DNA of 64,000 bases from Candidatus Altiarchaeota archaeon (GTDB lineage: Archaea; Altiarchaeota; Altiarchaeia; IMC4; SCGC-AAA252-I15). The stretch is from positions 32,001-96,000 of the forward strand of contig JAZDNF010000001.1 in the NCBI GenBank assembly GCA_043800255.1, in the 5' to 3' direction. The notes beneath the pieces were generated by a model that did no database searches, was not told the DNA's origin, and saw only the letters and a list, made by a program, of their open reading frames with translations. The position numbers and the translations under genes were made by a program. Positions 1 through 8,969 of the stretch are shown piece by piece. The first letter of the stretch is position 1, and each line of letters begins with the position of its first letter.

Positions 1-424
1 CAGTGTCGTTCTCGTTTATGATTGGAATTACGCCCAGTTTCAGCAGGGCTTTTAGAGTGTTCTGGAAGTTCAGATACTTTTTCCTGTCCCTGAAGTCCTC
101 ATGCGTCAGCAGCACCTGGGCTATGTTCTGCTCGAGTTTTGAGAAGTTCTTCTCATATGTGTGCATGAGTATGTTCTGCCCGACAGCAGCCGAAGCCTGC
201 AGCATGGGCATGTCCCTGGGCTTCTGCTTTAATCTCAACTTGCCTATGCCTGCCCCTATGGCACCGGATGTGACCAGAATCGCCTCCCTGCCCGACTTCC
301 TAAGCCAGACCAGCTGCTCCGCCAGCCGCCCAATACTCTTCTCGTCAAGACGGTTGTCCTTCCCAGTCAGGTTGGACGTCCCAACCTTCACGACAACCCG
401 CTTAACCTTGGAAAAATCCCGCAT
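1..424 (-). CDS. proB: Glutamate 5-kinase (5' part; runs off the window edge)
   Basis: Not in ORF track; my minus-strand translation from ATG at 424: MRDFSKVKRVVVKVGTSNLT...ILVTSGAIGAG...QASAAVGQ...AQVLLT...GVIPIINENDT, diagnostic ProB motifs. Confidence 0.92.
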   Translation of the reverse strand, partial: MRDFSKVKRVVVKVGTSNLTGKDNRLDEKSIGRLAEQLVWLRKSGREAILVTSGAIGAGIGKLRLKQKPRDMPMLQASAAVGQNILMHTYEKNFSKLEQNIAQVLLTHEDFRDRKKYLNFQNTLKALLKLGVIPIINENDT

Positions 425-506
425 AATAAGATATTCAAGAACAACGCTATAAAACAGCGGTTGCACGCTGCTGGAGAATTTAAATGACCGCTCTTATTCT
501 TAAAAG

Positions 507-1466
507 ATGAACTATTCCCTCTCAAAGTCTGACCTGCCGAAGTTCTTTAACAGCCTGCTGGGGAAGCATGAGGTTATAGCGCCCGTGAACGTCAGGGGAT
601 GGGACTTCTACCGGCCTGTTAAATCGTTTGATGAAGTCAACATGGGCTACGTCAACACACGGTACTCGCCCAAAGAGTATCTCCTCCCGGTTGAGGAGAG
701 GATGATATCCTTCGATGGCAGCCTCAAACCAGAGTATGCTAAAATAAAACGTGTGATATTCGGCATGCGACCCTGCGATGTGAACGCTTTCAATGTGATA
801 GACCTGCTGCTGCTGAGCGAGAGACCTGACCCATACTACAAGAGACGGAGGGACGACACTCTCATAATCGCCATCAACTGCGAGGAGGCGGGAGAGAACT
901 GCTTCTGCATGTCAATGGGAATGCACAAGGCGGAGCAAGGATACGACCTGCTTCTGACAGAGAACGACAAGGGCTATACAGTCCAAGCCGGCTCCGAAGC
1001 TGGGAGAAAGCTCACAGGAAAAAAGTTCTTCAAAAAGACTGACAAAGAACCTGAGCTCAGGCTGAAATGCAGCAGGATGATACCTGAGAGCGCGATGCAG
1101 AAGCTCAAGAGCTCCTTCGAACATGAGATATGGTCTGAGGAGGCTGACCGGTGCCTCAGCTGCGGAGCATGCACCGTCACCTGCCCCACATGCCCCTGCT
1201 TTGACGTCGACGATGTCATAGAGATAAACCTTAGAAAGGGGAAGAGGGTCAGACGGTGGGACTCATGCCAGCTGAAGGATTTCACGAAGGTGGCAGGCGG
1301 CTACGTTTTCAGGAGCGAGAGGGCAAACAGGCTGAAGCACAGGATATACCACAAGCTGAACTATTACATAGAACAGTTCGGAGTGCCGATGTGCACAGGC
1401 TGCGGAAGGTGCATAACAAACTGCCCAACCAACATTGACATGGTCGAGATTGTGAACAGGCTATGA
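507..1466 (+). CDS. hydB: Group 3b [NiFe] hydrogenase (sulfhydrogenase) beta subunit, AsrA-like 4Fe-4S protein
   Basis: GMRPCD, CFC, CLSCGACTVTCPTCPC and CTGCGRCITNCP motifs; first gene of 4-gene operon. Confidence 0.9.
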   Translation: MNYSLSKSDLPKFFNSLLGKHEVIAPVNVRGWDFYRPVKSFDEVNMGYVNTRYSPKEYLLPVEERMISFDGSLKPEYAKIKRVIFGMRPCDVNAFNVIDLLLLSERPDPYYKRRRDDTLIIAINCEEAGENCFCMSMGMHKAEQGYDLLLTENDKGYTVQAGSEAGRKLTGKKFFKKTDKEPELRLKCSRMIPESAMQKLKSSFEHEIWSEEADRCLSCGACTVTCPTCPCFDVDDVIEINLRKGKRVRRWDSCQLKDFTKVAGGYVFRSERANRLKHRIYHKLNYYIEQFGVPMCTGCGRCITNCPTNIDMVEIVNRL

Positions 1467-2251
1467 AGAACCCCTACATGCCGGAGAAGGTCAGGATAGC
1501 GAAGGTCTCGGATGAGACCCACGACACGAAGCTGTTCAGGATAAATTCCAGAACAGCGCACACTCCCGGCCAGTTCTATCAGCTGTCGCTGCCCTACTAC
1601 GGCGAGGCTCCGATATCAGTATGCTCATATTCCGACAAGCACTTGGAATTCTGCGTCAGGAACGTCGGAAACCTTACTAATGCGATGCACAAGCTCAAGG
1701 CCGGTGGCAGTCTGTGGCTAAGAGGCCCGTACGGCAAAGGCTACCCTGTGGAGCTGCTGGAGGGCAGGAACATCACAATCGTGGGGGGCGGGACCGGGAC
1801 TGCGCCTGTGAGGAGCGCGGTAGAATACGTGCAGAGGCACAGGAAAAAATTCGGGAGCGTGGACATATTCCTCGGCTTCAGGACGGGGGATGACATACTG
1901 TTCAAGAAGGACATCAGAGCGTGGGAAAAGAAGTTCAGACTGCATCTGACGCTCGACACACCCTGCAATGAGTGGGTGTGCAGCACAGGCTTTGTGACCG
2001 CGCTCATAGAGCAATCGGACATCAGGCCTGAGAATAACACTGTGCTTGCCTGCGGGCCGCCTGTGATGATAAAATCAGCTATAAATGTCCTTGAGGGCAA
2101 AGGTTTTAAGGACGAGCAGATTTACGTGTCACTTGAGCGGCTTATGAAATGCGGCATAAGAAAGTGCGGCAGGTGCATGGTAAACTCCAAATACGTGTGC
2201 CATGACGGGCCGGTGTTCAACCAAAGCGAGGCAAGATGGCTGAAAGACTGA
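1463..2251 (+). CDS. hydG: Group 3b hydrogenase gamma subunit (FAD/NAD(P)-binding, 2Fe-2S)
   Basis: PGQF, RGPYGKGY, GGGTGTAP, CGPPVM, MKCGIRKCGRC...VCHDGPVF. Confidence 0.9.
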   Translation: MKNPYMPEKVRIAKVSDETHDTKLFRINSRTAHTPGQFYQLSLPYYGEAPISVCSYSDKHLEFCVRNVGNLTNAMHKLKAGGSLWLRGPYGKGYPVELLEGRNITIVGGGTGTAPVRSAVEYVQRHRKKFGSVDIFLGFRTGDDILFKKDIRAWEKKFRLHLTLDTPCNEWVCSTGFVTALIEQSDIRPENNTVLACGPPVMIKSAINVLEGKGFKDEQIYVSLERLMKCGIRKCGRCMVNSKYVCHDGPVFNQSEARWLKD

Positions 2252-3000
2252 AACCTAAAGTCGGGATATTCTCGATAACGAGCTGCGCAGGCTGCCAGGA
2301 GAGCTTCCTCTTCATACACGACATACTGCCCGAACTGCTTGGGCAGATAGAGATTGTAAACTTCCCGATGATAAAAGAGCAACACGAGGAGGGGCCGTTC
2401 GACATCGCGTTCATAGAAGGGGCAGTGGTAAAGGAGGGTGAGGTTGAGGTTGTCAAAGATATCAGGTCTAAGTCAAAAATCCTGATAGCGTTGGGCAGCT
2501 GCGCCACCTACGGCGGAGTCCCGGCTATGCGTGACTTTGGGTACGAGGAGGACATAATGAAGTCAGTCTATCCTGTGCCAAGTGAGCTGCACCCGACAGC
2601 TGACGTGTACGGCATAGGAAAGTACGTTGAAGTCGACTACTATCTGAGAGGCTGCCCGATGGTCAAGGAGGAAATAGTCAGGGTAATCAAGGACCTCATC
2701 CTTAAGAAAAAGCCCAGGGAAGTCAGCTCTCCGGTGTGCGTCGAGTGCAGGGCCAACGGCAATCCATGCCTGCTGCAGATGGGGCAGCCATGCATAGGCC
2801 CGGTAACGTTCGGAGGATGCAATGCACTGTGCCCAACCAATGAGATACCATGTTACGGGTGCAGGGGCCCGCTTGACGACTCCAACGTTGACAGCCTTGT
2901 CAGCCTGCTGGAGAAGCAGGGCATAGACCGGGAAGGCCTGAAGAGCATATTCCTGAGGTTCGCTGGCACATCAAAGAAGTTCAAGAAGATAAGAGAATGA
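2236..3000 (+). CDS. hydD: Group 3b hydrogenase delta (small) subunit
   Basis: SCAGC, IEGAV, GSCATYGG, GCP, VCVEC, CIGPVTFGGCNALCP, CYGCRG. Confidence 0.92.
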   Translation: MAERLKPKVGIFSITSCAGCQESFLFIHDILPELLGQIEIVNFPMIKEQHEEGPFDIAFIEGAVVKEGEVEVVKDIRSKSKILIALGSCATYGGVPAMRDFGYEEDIMKSVYPVPSELHPTADVYGIGKYVEVDYYLRGCPMVKEEIVRVIKDLILKKKPREVSSPVCVECRANGNPCLLQMGQPCIGPVTFGGCNALCPTNEIPCYGCRGPLDDSNVDSLVSLLEKQGIDREGLKSIFLRFAGTSKKFKKIRE

Positions 3001-4274
3001 CGCATGACATACACTTAGAGCATATCACCAAGATTGAAGGTGATGCGACGCTTAAGGTCAGGATAGAGAAGGGCAGGGTCGAGACTGTAGAACTCCGGGT
3101 TCTAGAAGGCGCCAGATTCTTCGAGGGAATCATAAAGAGAAAAAACTACAGGGACGTGACGTCGCTTGTTTCCAGGATATGCGGCATATGCAGCTGCATA
3201 CACCAGGCGGCGTCGCTCAAGACCCTTGAGACCGCCCTGGAAGTTGAGCCTTCAGAGCAGACGCTCCTCCTGAGGGAGCTCATGTGCCTCGGGGAGAGGC
3301 TCAGAAGCCACGCAACCCACCTGTACTTCCTGGCTCTCCCAGATTATCTGGGATTCGGGTCCGCGGTCTCGATGGGCAAAAAGCACAAGGACAAGATTGC
3401 GAGAGCGTTGAGGATAGTAGCGCTTGGGAATGACATCGTCGAGACAGTAGGCGGCAGGGACATCCACCCTGTTACCGGCGTGGTTGGGGGGTTCTCCAAG
3501 ATGCCTACTGAGAATGAGATGGACTCGCTCCTGAAGAGGGTGAAGGCCATAAAGCAGGATGCTGTCGAGACGGCGGAGCTGTTCTCAAAACTGAAATATC
3601 CCACATTTGAGAGGGAGACGCAGTACTTCGCGCTGGAGGACAGGGAAAGCTACTCCCTCCTTGAGGGGGAGATATCCTGCGTCGGCAACTACTGCATCCC
3701 AGTGAACACTTACGTGCAGCATTTTGAGGAATACATAAAACCGTATTCGACTGCGAAGTTCGTCGTCGCGGAGAAGAAAGGCTACCGGGTCGGCTCTCTC
3801 GCGAGGGTTAACAACAACATGAAGTTCATGAGCAGAGACGCCAGGAAGATTATAAAAAATTCAGGCATAAAGTTCCCAAACCACAACCCATTTGTGAACA
3901 ACTTCTGCCAGGCTGTGGAGAACGTCCACGAGGTTGACCGGATCATTGAGATTCTAAACAGTTTGGAGCTTAAAGACGAGAAGCCGCCGGAAGTAAAAGT
4001 GAAAGCATGCCATGGGGTATCCGCGGTCGAGGCTCCTAGGGGGATACTGTTCCACGATTACGAGTTGGACGGCAAGGGCAACCTGGCGAAAGCCAACATA
4101 ATAACCCCCACCCAGCAGAACCTGCTGAACATCGAGGACGACATACGAGCATACCTTCCGATGCTCCTGAGCCTCGAAAAGGAGAGGATCATACTAGAGC
4201 TTGAGAAACTCATAAGGAGCTACGACCCCTGCATAAGCTGCAGCACCCACTTCCTCAAGGTGAAGGGGCTATAG
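2997..4274 (+). CDS. hydA: Group 3b hydrogenase alpha (large NiFe) subunit
   Basis: L1 RICGIC and L2 DPCISCSTH motifs, EAPRG; 7-aa C-terminal extension after His. Confidence 0.95.
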   Translation: MTHDIHLEHITKIEGDATLKVRIEKGRVETVELRVLEGARFFEGIIKRKNYRDVTSLVSRICGICSCIHQAASLKTLETALEVEPSEQTLLLRELMCLGERLRSHATHLYFLALPDYLGFGSAVSMGKKHKDKIARALRIVALGNDIVETVGGRDIHPVTGVVGGFSKMPTENEMDSLLKRVKAIKQDAVETAELFSKLKYPTFERETQYFALEDRESYSLLEGEISCVGNYCIPVNTYVQHFEEYIKPYSTAKFVVAEKKGYRVGSLARVNNNMKFMSRDARKIIKNSGIKFPNHNPFVNNFCQAVENVHEVDRIIEILNSLELKDEKPPEVKVKACHGVSAVEAPRGILFHDYELDGKGNLAKANIITPTQQNLLNIEDDIRAYLPMLLSLEKERIILELEKLIRSYDPCISCSTHFLKVKGL

Positions 4275-4631
4275 GCTTGAGACAAGATGCCTGACCTTTT
4301 TCCGTATGGCTTTGATGTCACCTGTCTGCGGGATGCCTATTATCCTGAATTTTGAACCCTCAGCCTGACTCAACAGTTTCAGCATGAAACCCAGGTCAAA
4401 ATCATGTGCCGTCACTGTGTTGCCTATTGACAGCCTGCTGGCATCCTCTATGAGCGTCACATCCTCTATGCCATGAACGACGTCCAGTATAACGAAATCG
4501 CCTTTGACTTTGAGGACGTCATCAGGCTTGAATGCTACGGTGACGTCAAACTCGTCTAATCCATTAGCAACCTTCAATGCCAGGCTGTCATCATCTACCA
4601 CAGGATTGCCGTAGACGAGAATCTTTTTCAT
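4269..4631 (-). CDS. Short hydrogenase maturation protease-like protein (HycI/HybD family), 120 aa
   Basis: Internal start MKKILVYGNPVVDDDSLALKVA; ILDVV and TAHD motifs; convergent with hydA. Confidence 0.7.
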   Translation of the reverse strand: MKKILVYGNPVVDDDSLALKVANGLDEFDVTVAFKPDDVLKVKGDFVILDVVHGIEDVTLIEDASRLSIGNTVTAHDFDLGFMLKLLSQAEGSKFRIIGIPQTGDIKAIRKKVRHLVSSL

Positions 4632-4701
4632 GTCAGAATAAACCCTTTTCCAGCTTGCGCTGAAAGTTATTATAATACGACTTCTATAATATATCGGAAA
4701 T

Positions 4702-5256
4702 ATGTCAGAAAAGAAAGCACTTCTCGAGGCTGCGCTGTTCATATCCGCGAGGGGGATGAGCGTGAACGAGATGTCTGAGCTGGTGGGCGTTGAAGCTAAA
4801 GAGGTTGCAGAGCTCATGGACGAGCTGAAAAGAGACTACGAGTCCAGGGGCTCAGGCCTCGAGGTTGTGAAGCAGGGCAGATCATACACTCTTCAAGTTA
4901 GGCCTGAACATGAGGAGACGGTCTTCAAGCTGGCGCCGGTTGCCGATATGCCGAAGACCGTGCTCAAGACGCTTGCGTTGATAGCGCATGAGGAGCCGAT
5001 AAAGCAGTCTAAGCTGATTGTGATGAGAGGCAACAGGGCATACTACTACATTAAGAAGCTGAGGGAGCTTGACCTTGTCAGCGCGAAGAAGAGCGGCCGC
5101 ACCAGGATGCTCACAACAACGCCCAAATTCAAGGAATACTTCTCTGTGGAAACTGTCAAGGGGGTTGTGAAAGCGCCTGAGATTGAGAAGCCAGAAGAGG
5201 CTGGAAAGCCTGATGATGAGCAGAAAACGCAGGAAATAAGGATGGAACTGAAATGA
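4702..5256 (+). CDS. scpB: SMC-Scp complex subunit ScpB
   Basis: LEAALF, LKTLALIAHEEPI, RGNRAY, TTPKFKEYF. Confidence 0.9.
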   Translation: MSEKKALLEAALFISARGMSVNEMSELVGVEAKEVAELMDELKRDYESRGSGLEVVKQGRSYTLQVRPEHEETVFKLAPVADMPKTVLKTLALIAHEEPIKQSKLIVMRGNRAYYYIKKLRELDLVSAKKSGRTRMLTTTPKFKEYFSVETVKGVVKAPEIEKPEEAGKPDDEQKTQEIRMELK

Positions 5257-5266
5257 GTGTGATACC

Positions 5267-6082
5267 ATGGGTAACATGCTGAAAACAACCGCGCTGATGT
5301 CCCTTCTGATAGCGGTTGTCATGATAGCGTTCTGGTTTGTTGGCGGAAGGGGGTTCGCGCTGTTCGGCCTGATTCTGGGAGTTATCATAAATCTCGGCGT
5401 CTACTGGCACTCTGACAAGATAGTTCTGAGGATGACACGGGCCAGGGAAGTCTCAAGGGATGAGGCTCCGATGCTGCATGGAATCGTTGACCGGCTGGCA
5501 AGCAGGGCCAAGATGCCTAAGCCAAGGGTATATGTTGTAGAGAACAGGAGCCTGAACGCGTTCGCAACAGGGAGGAATCCGAAGCATGCTGCGGTCGCTG
5601 TCCACACAGGACTGTTGCAGGCATTAACTCCTGAAGAGGTTGAGGGCGTTCTCGGCCATGAGATGACTCATATAAAGAACAGGGATACCCTGATAAGCAC
5701 GATGGCTGCGGTAATAGCCGGGATACTCTCCTACCTAGGCTATGCTTACATGTTCTCAGGAGACAGGCGCGACAGGAACAACGTTCTCGCGCTGGCTGCG
5801 ATAATACTCGCTCCCATGGCAGGGATGCTGATACAGATGGCTATATCCAGGACTAGGGAATATGCTGCCGACGCCGGGGGAGGGCGGCTTTCAAACCCAA
5901 GATGTTTGGCTTCAGCGCTCGCTAAAATCAGCTCGTCTGCTGATGCGAACCCTGTCAGGAGAGGCAACCCTGCGACAGCGCACATGTACATAATAAACCC
6001 CTTCAAGGGCGTAGAGTTCTCAAGCCTTTTCAGCACCCATCCTCTGACAGAGGATAGGATACGGAAGCTTGAGGCGATGTAG
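5267..6082 (+). CDS. htpX: Membrane zinc metalloprotease HtpX (M48)
   Basis: NAFATGRNP, HEMTH, ISRTREYAAD, LFSTHP. Confidence 0.93.
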   Translation: MGNMLKTTALMSLLIAVVMIAFWFVGGRGFALFGLILGVIINLGVYWHSDKIVLRMTRAREVSRDEAPMLHGIVDRLASRAKMPKPRVYVVENRSLNAFATGRNPKHAAVAVHTGLLQALTPEEVEGVLGHEMTHIKNRDTLISTMAAVIAGILSYLGYAYMFSGDRRDRNNVLALAAIILAPMAGMLIQMAISRTREYAADAGGGRLSNPRCLASALAKISSSADANPVRRGNPATAHMYIINPFKGVEFSSLFSTHPLTEDRIRKLEAM

Positions 6083-6085
6083 CTC

Positions 6086-6499
6086 TTACTCTAAAACGAG
6101 GGTTATCTTGTTCTTCCTGTAGACGTTCAGGGACGGATACATCTGTGCCGCCATCTCCTCTATGTGGTCTAAAATCCCTATCTTGACCATGAGATTGTGG
6201 TCTGTCTTGTCCCTTATGAACTCAGGCAGGTGGATGTCGTCTGTGGTGTACTCCTTCTTTCGGTAGGCATCTTTAACGGATTTCTCTATCCTGGAGGGTT
6301 TGATCCTGTTCCCGAAGACAGATATTATCCCCATTCCCTCTGCCTTTTCAGGCTTAATCGGTTTCCTCTTCCTTGCAGCCCTCCTGCCTGCTTTATTTGA
6401 CCTTCTGGCCCTCAGCTTAATCTTCTTCTTAGGTTTTACAGCCATCTTTTTTTTGCGTATTAGCCTATTTTTCCTTCTTTTTTTGGTTCTTTTTGCCAT
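6086..6499 (-). CDS. Hypothetical protein with extremely Lys/Arg-rich N-terminus
   Basis: ORF MAKRTKKRRKNRLIRKKK...; fills the gap between htpX and the que operon promoter. Confidence 0.65.
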   Translation of the reverse strand: MAKRTKKRRKNRLIRKKKMAVKPKKKIKLRARRSNKAGRRAARKRKPIKPEKAEGMGIISVFGNRIKPSRIEKSVKDAYRKKEYTTDDIHLPEFIRDKTDHNLMVKIGILDHIEEMAAQMYPSLNVYRKNKITLVLE

Positions 6500-6546
6500 A
6501 CTGCACCCCACGTCTGCTATAAACTTGGATTATAGGTAAAAAACCG

Positions 6547-6554
6547 TTTAAATA
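6547..6554 (+). promoter_or_regulatory. Putative TATA box of the RHH-que operon
   Basis: TTTAAATA preceded by an A-rich BRE-like stretch, about 45 nt upstream of ATG 6596. Confidence 0.55.
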
Positions 6555-6558
6555 CTGG

Positions 6559-6591
6559 TATTATCCAAGTATTATCCCAATATTATCCCAA
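6559..6591 (+). repeat. Three direct repeats TATTATCC(C)AA with 11-bp period; putative RHH operator
   Basis: Copies start at 6559, 6570 and 6581, between the TATA box and the start codon. Confidence 0.75.
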
Positions 6592-6595
6592 TAAT

Positions 6596-6769
6596 ATGGC
6601 TAAAATATGCGTCGAGATGCCCCAGGAGATACTAGATGACCTGAGAGAGCACATCGGGCCTGAAAAAAAGTTCGTCAACCTATCAGATGCGATAAGGACC
6701 GCATGCAGGAAGATGCTGGACACGCTCGACGAAATCGACAGAAGACACGGGAGGCTGAACACAGAATGA
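6596..6769 (+). CDS. Ribbon-helix-helix (CopG-like) transcriptional regulator, 57 aa
   Basis: Not in ORF track; MAKICVEMPQEILDDLREHIGPEKKFVNLSDAIRTACRKML...; RHH pattern (beta strand, helix, NxSDAIR helix); ATGA overlap with queD. Confidence 0.85.
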   Translation: MAKICVEMPQEILDDLREHIGPEKKFVNLSDAIRTACRKMLDTLDEIDRRHGRLNTE

Positions 6770-7104
6770 GAGTCGGACGGATATTCTACTTTGATTCCGC
6801 ACACCATCTGCCAGACTACAAGGGAGAGTGCGAAAAACAGCACGGCCACACCTACCGCCTTGAAGTGGTCATCGAAGGCGAACTGAAAGACAACATGGTG
6901 ATGGATTTCAAGGATCTGAAAAAAACCGTCGAGGATGAGGTCCTTGCAGAGCTTGACCACATGGACCTGAACGACATATTCGAGAACCCGACGGCAGAGA
7001 ACCTGATGGAGTGGATATTCGACAGGCTGGGAAAAAAACTTCCACTTCATTCAGTAAAGCTTTGGGAGGGACGCGACAAATGGGTGGAAAAGCGGTCTGC
7101 CTGA
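6766..7104 (+). CDS. queD: 6-carboxy-5,6,7,8-tetrahydropterin synthase
   Basis: FDSAHHL, C..HGHTY, DF, LDH, NPTAEN, LWE motifs; start at ATG 6766. Confidence 0.93.
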   Translation: MRVGRIFYFDSAHHLPDYKGECEKQHGHTYRLEVVIEGELKDNMVMDFKDLKKTVEDEVLAELDHMDLNDIFENPTAENLMEWIFDRLGKKLPLHSVKLWEGRDKWVEKRSA

Positions 7105-7775
7105 TATCGGGAGGCCTGGATTCCGCGGTATGCGCAGCTATCGCAAGGGACAGGGGCTGTGAGATATACGCCCTGACCTTCGACTACGGCCAGCAGCACA
7201 GGAGAGAAGTTGAGAGCGCAAAGAAGATCGCGAAATTCTACAAAGCACGGGAGCACATGATACTGGATGCAGGTTTAGGCAGATTCGGCGGCTCATCTCT
7301 GACATCAGGAGATGACGTGCCCCAAGGCAAAAAATTTGAGGAGATAAAGAACTCGATTGAAATCCCGTCAACATATGTCTCCGCCAGGAACACGATATTC
7401 CTCTCCTACGCCCTGGCATACGCCGAAACAGTCGACGCTGACAGCATCTACATAGGAGCTAACCACATAGACTACAGCGGCTACCCTGACTGCAGGCCAG
7501 AATACTTCAAAGCATTCCAGAAGATGGCAGACCTCGCGACAAAACGCGCGGTCGAAGGCAAACCGGTTAAAATAGAACATCCTATAATAGAATTGGACAA
7601 GAAGGCAATCGTGAAACTTGGGATTAAGCTTAACGTCCCCTTTGAGCTCACATGGTCGTGCTATGCTGGCAGGAAAAGAGCGTGCGGCAGGTGCGACAGC
7701 TGTATCCTAAGGTTGAACGGCTTCAGGGAGGCTGGAATAAAGGATCCGATAGACTATGAGAAACAGATGGTATGA
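7080..7775 (+). CDS. queC: 7-cyano-7-deazaguanine (preQ0) synthase
   Basis: SGGLDS, FDYGQ, TYVSARN, DYSGYPDCR, TWSCY..CGRCDSC. Confidence 0.96.
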   Translation: MGGKAVCLISGGLDSAVCAAIARDRGCEIYALTFDYGQQHRREVESAKKIAKFYKAREHMILDAGLGRFGGSSLTSGDDVPQGKKFEEIKNSIEIPSTYVSARNTIFLSYALAYAETVDADSIYIGANHIDYSGYPDCRPEYFKAFQKMADLATKRAVEGKPVKIEHPIIELDKKAIVKLGIKLNVPFELTWSCYAGRKRACGRCDSCILRLNGFREAGIKDPIDYEKQMV

Positions 7776-8367
7776 GAAGTTCAGGAAAAGCCACAATCTG
7801 ATATGGACCGAAAAGGATTTCCGGGGATGGTCTAACATGGTTGGGCAAGAGATTGATGTCTTCAGGGCGAACATATGCGGAGGAGGGCGCGTGTTAGACT
7901 GCGGCTGCGGGTTCGGAGGCACGGCAGTACCCCTCTCAAACAGGGGCTTCAGGGTTGTCGGCATAGACGTTGAGGAGAAGATACTGGAATGTGCGATGGA
8001 GAACGGGAGAAAATTCGGCAGGGACGTCACCTTCGCGAAGTGCGACGTCTATGACATCGTAAAAAGGTTCGGCCCGGACTCGTTTGACGCCTGCATATCA
8101 GGCGGCGTCATGGAACACTTCCCCGAAAAGGACATACGCATGCTGCTGAACCTGCAGCTGAAGGTCGCGCCCACAGTGATATTCTCAGTCCCGCTCGGCG
8201 AGGAGAACATGACAAAGACGGACGATTATGGCATCCTCATAAACCTCTGGACCAGGGAGAAATGGCTCAGGAAGGTCAAAAGTTACAATGTAAAAGAAAG
8301 CAGAATAGTGAAGAGCCACAGGAAGGTTGGGATAGGGCAGGAACTGTTTGTTGTCATCAAAAGATGA
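7756..8367 (+). CDS. Class I SAM-dependent methyltransferase
   Basis: VLDCGCGFG motif I, GID, D-V-Y, FDACISGGVMEHF; overlaps queC and queE. Confidence 0.85.
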   Translation: MRNRWYEKFRKSHNLIWTEKDFRGWSNMVGQEIDVFRANICGGGRVLDCGCGFGGTAVPLSNRGFRVVGIDVEEKILECAMENGRKFGRDVTFAKCDVYDIVKRFGPDSFDACISGGVMEHFPEKDIRMLLNLQLKVAPTVIFSVPLGEENMTKTDDYGILINLWTREKWLRKVKSYNVKESRIVKSHRKVGIGQELFVVIKR

Positions 8368-8969
8368 AAGTCTCGGAAATATTCATGAGCATCCAGGGCG
8401 AGGGCAGGTACGTCGGCAGCCCCCAGACCTTCATCAGGCTATCTGGCTGTAACCTCCGCTGCCGCTGGTGCGACACGAAGTACGCATACGGGGGAGGCAA
8501 GGAAATGACCGTAGACGAGATAGTGGGGAAGGTCAAGGAGTTCGGCCTGAAGAGCGTCTGCGTGACAGGCGGCGAGCCCATGCTGCAGTCGAAGGAGCTG
8601 ACCCAACTCATCAAGAGGCTGAAGGTGGAGGGCTTTGAGATCATCCTGGAGACGAACGGCACACTATATGATGAGGAGGTCTTCAGGATCGTGGACTGCG
8701 TTTCACTCGACATCAAACCCCCAAGCTCCGGCGAGGAGAGCGACATAAGAATACTGAAAACGCTGGGAGGGAAAGACCAGGTCAAGATTGTCGTAAAGGA
8801 CGAGAGAGACTACGAGTTCGCGAAGGAGATATCAACGAAGACAGACCTTGAGATAATACTCCAGCCGGAGGGGATGAAAGGCATGAGAAAATGGTGCGAG
8901 AGGGTGCTTGAGGACAGGATAGGCTTCAGGATACTCCCCCAAATGCATAAGGTACTAGGATTAAAATGA
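8364..8969 (+). CDS. queE: 7-carboxy-7-deazaguanine synthase (radical SAM)
   Basis: MKVSEIFMSIQGEG, GCNLRCRWCDT, TGGEP, ETNGT, PQMHK. Confidence 0.95.
   Translation: MKVSEIFMSIQGEGRYVGSPQTFIRLSGCNLRCRWCDTKYAYGGGKEMTVDEIVGKVKEFGLKSVCVTGGEPMLQSKELTQLIKRLKVEGFEIILETNGTLYDEEVFRIVDCVSLDIKPPSSGEESDIRILKTLGGKDQVKIVVKDERDYEFAKEISTKTDLEIILQPEGMKGMRKWCERVLEDRIGFRILPQMHKVLGLK

Noticed and set aside
3-452. Plus-strand 149-aa ORF in the track
   Set aside because: Antisense shadow of proB, which has clear motifs on the minus strand
455-492. Short inverted repeats (CAGCG-N6-CGCTG; AGCGGT-N25-ACCGCT) in the proB/hyd divergent promoter
   Set aside because: Arms of only 5-6 bp could be chance; no second occurrence seen
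6559-6591. Triple repeat considered as a CRISPR remnant
   Set aside because: 11-bp units, no spacers and no cas genes; an operator explains it better
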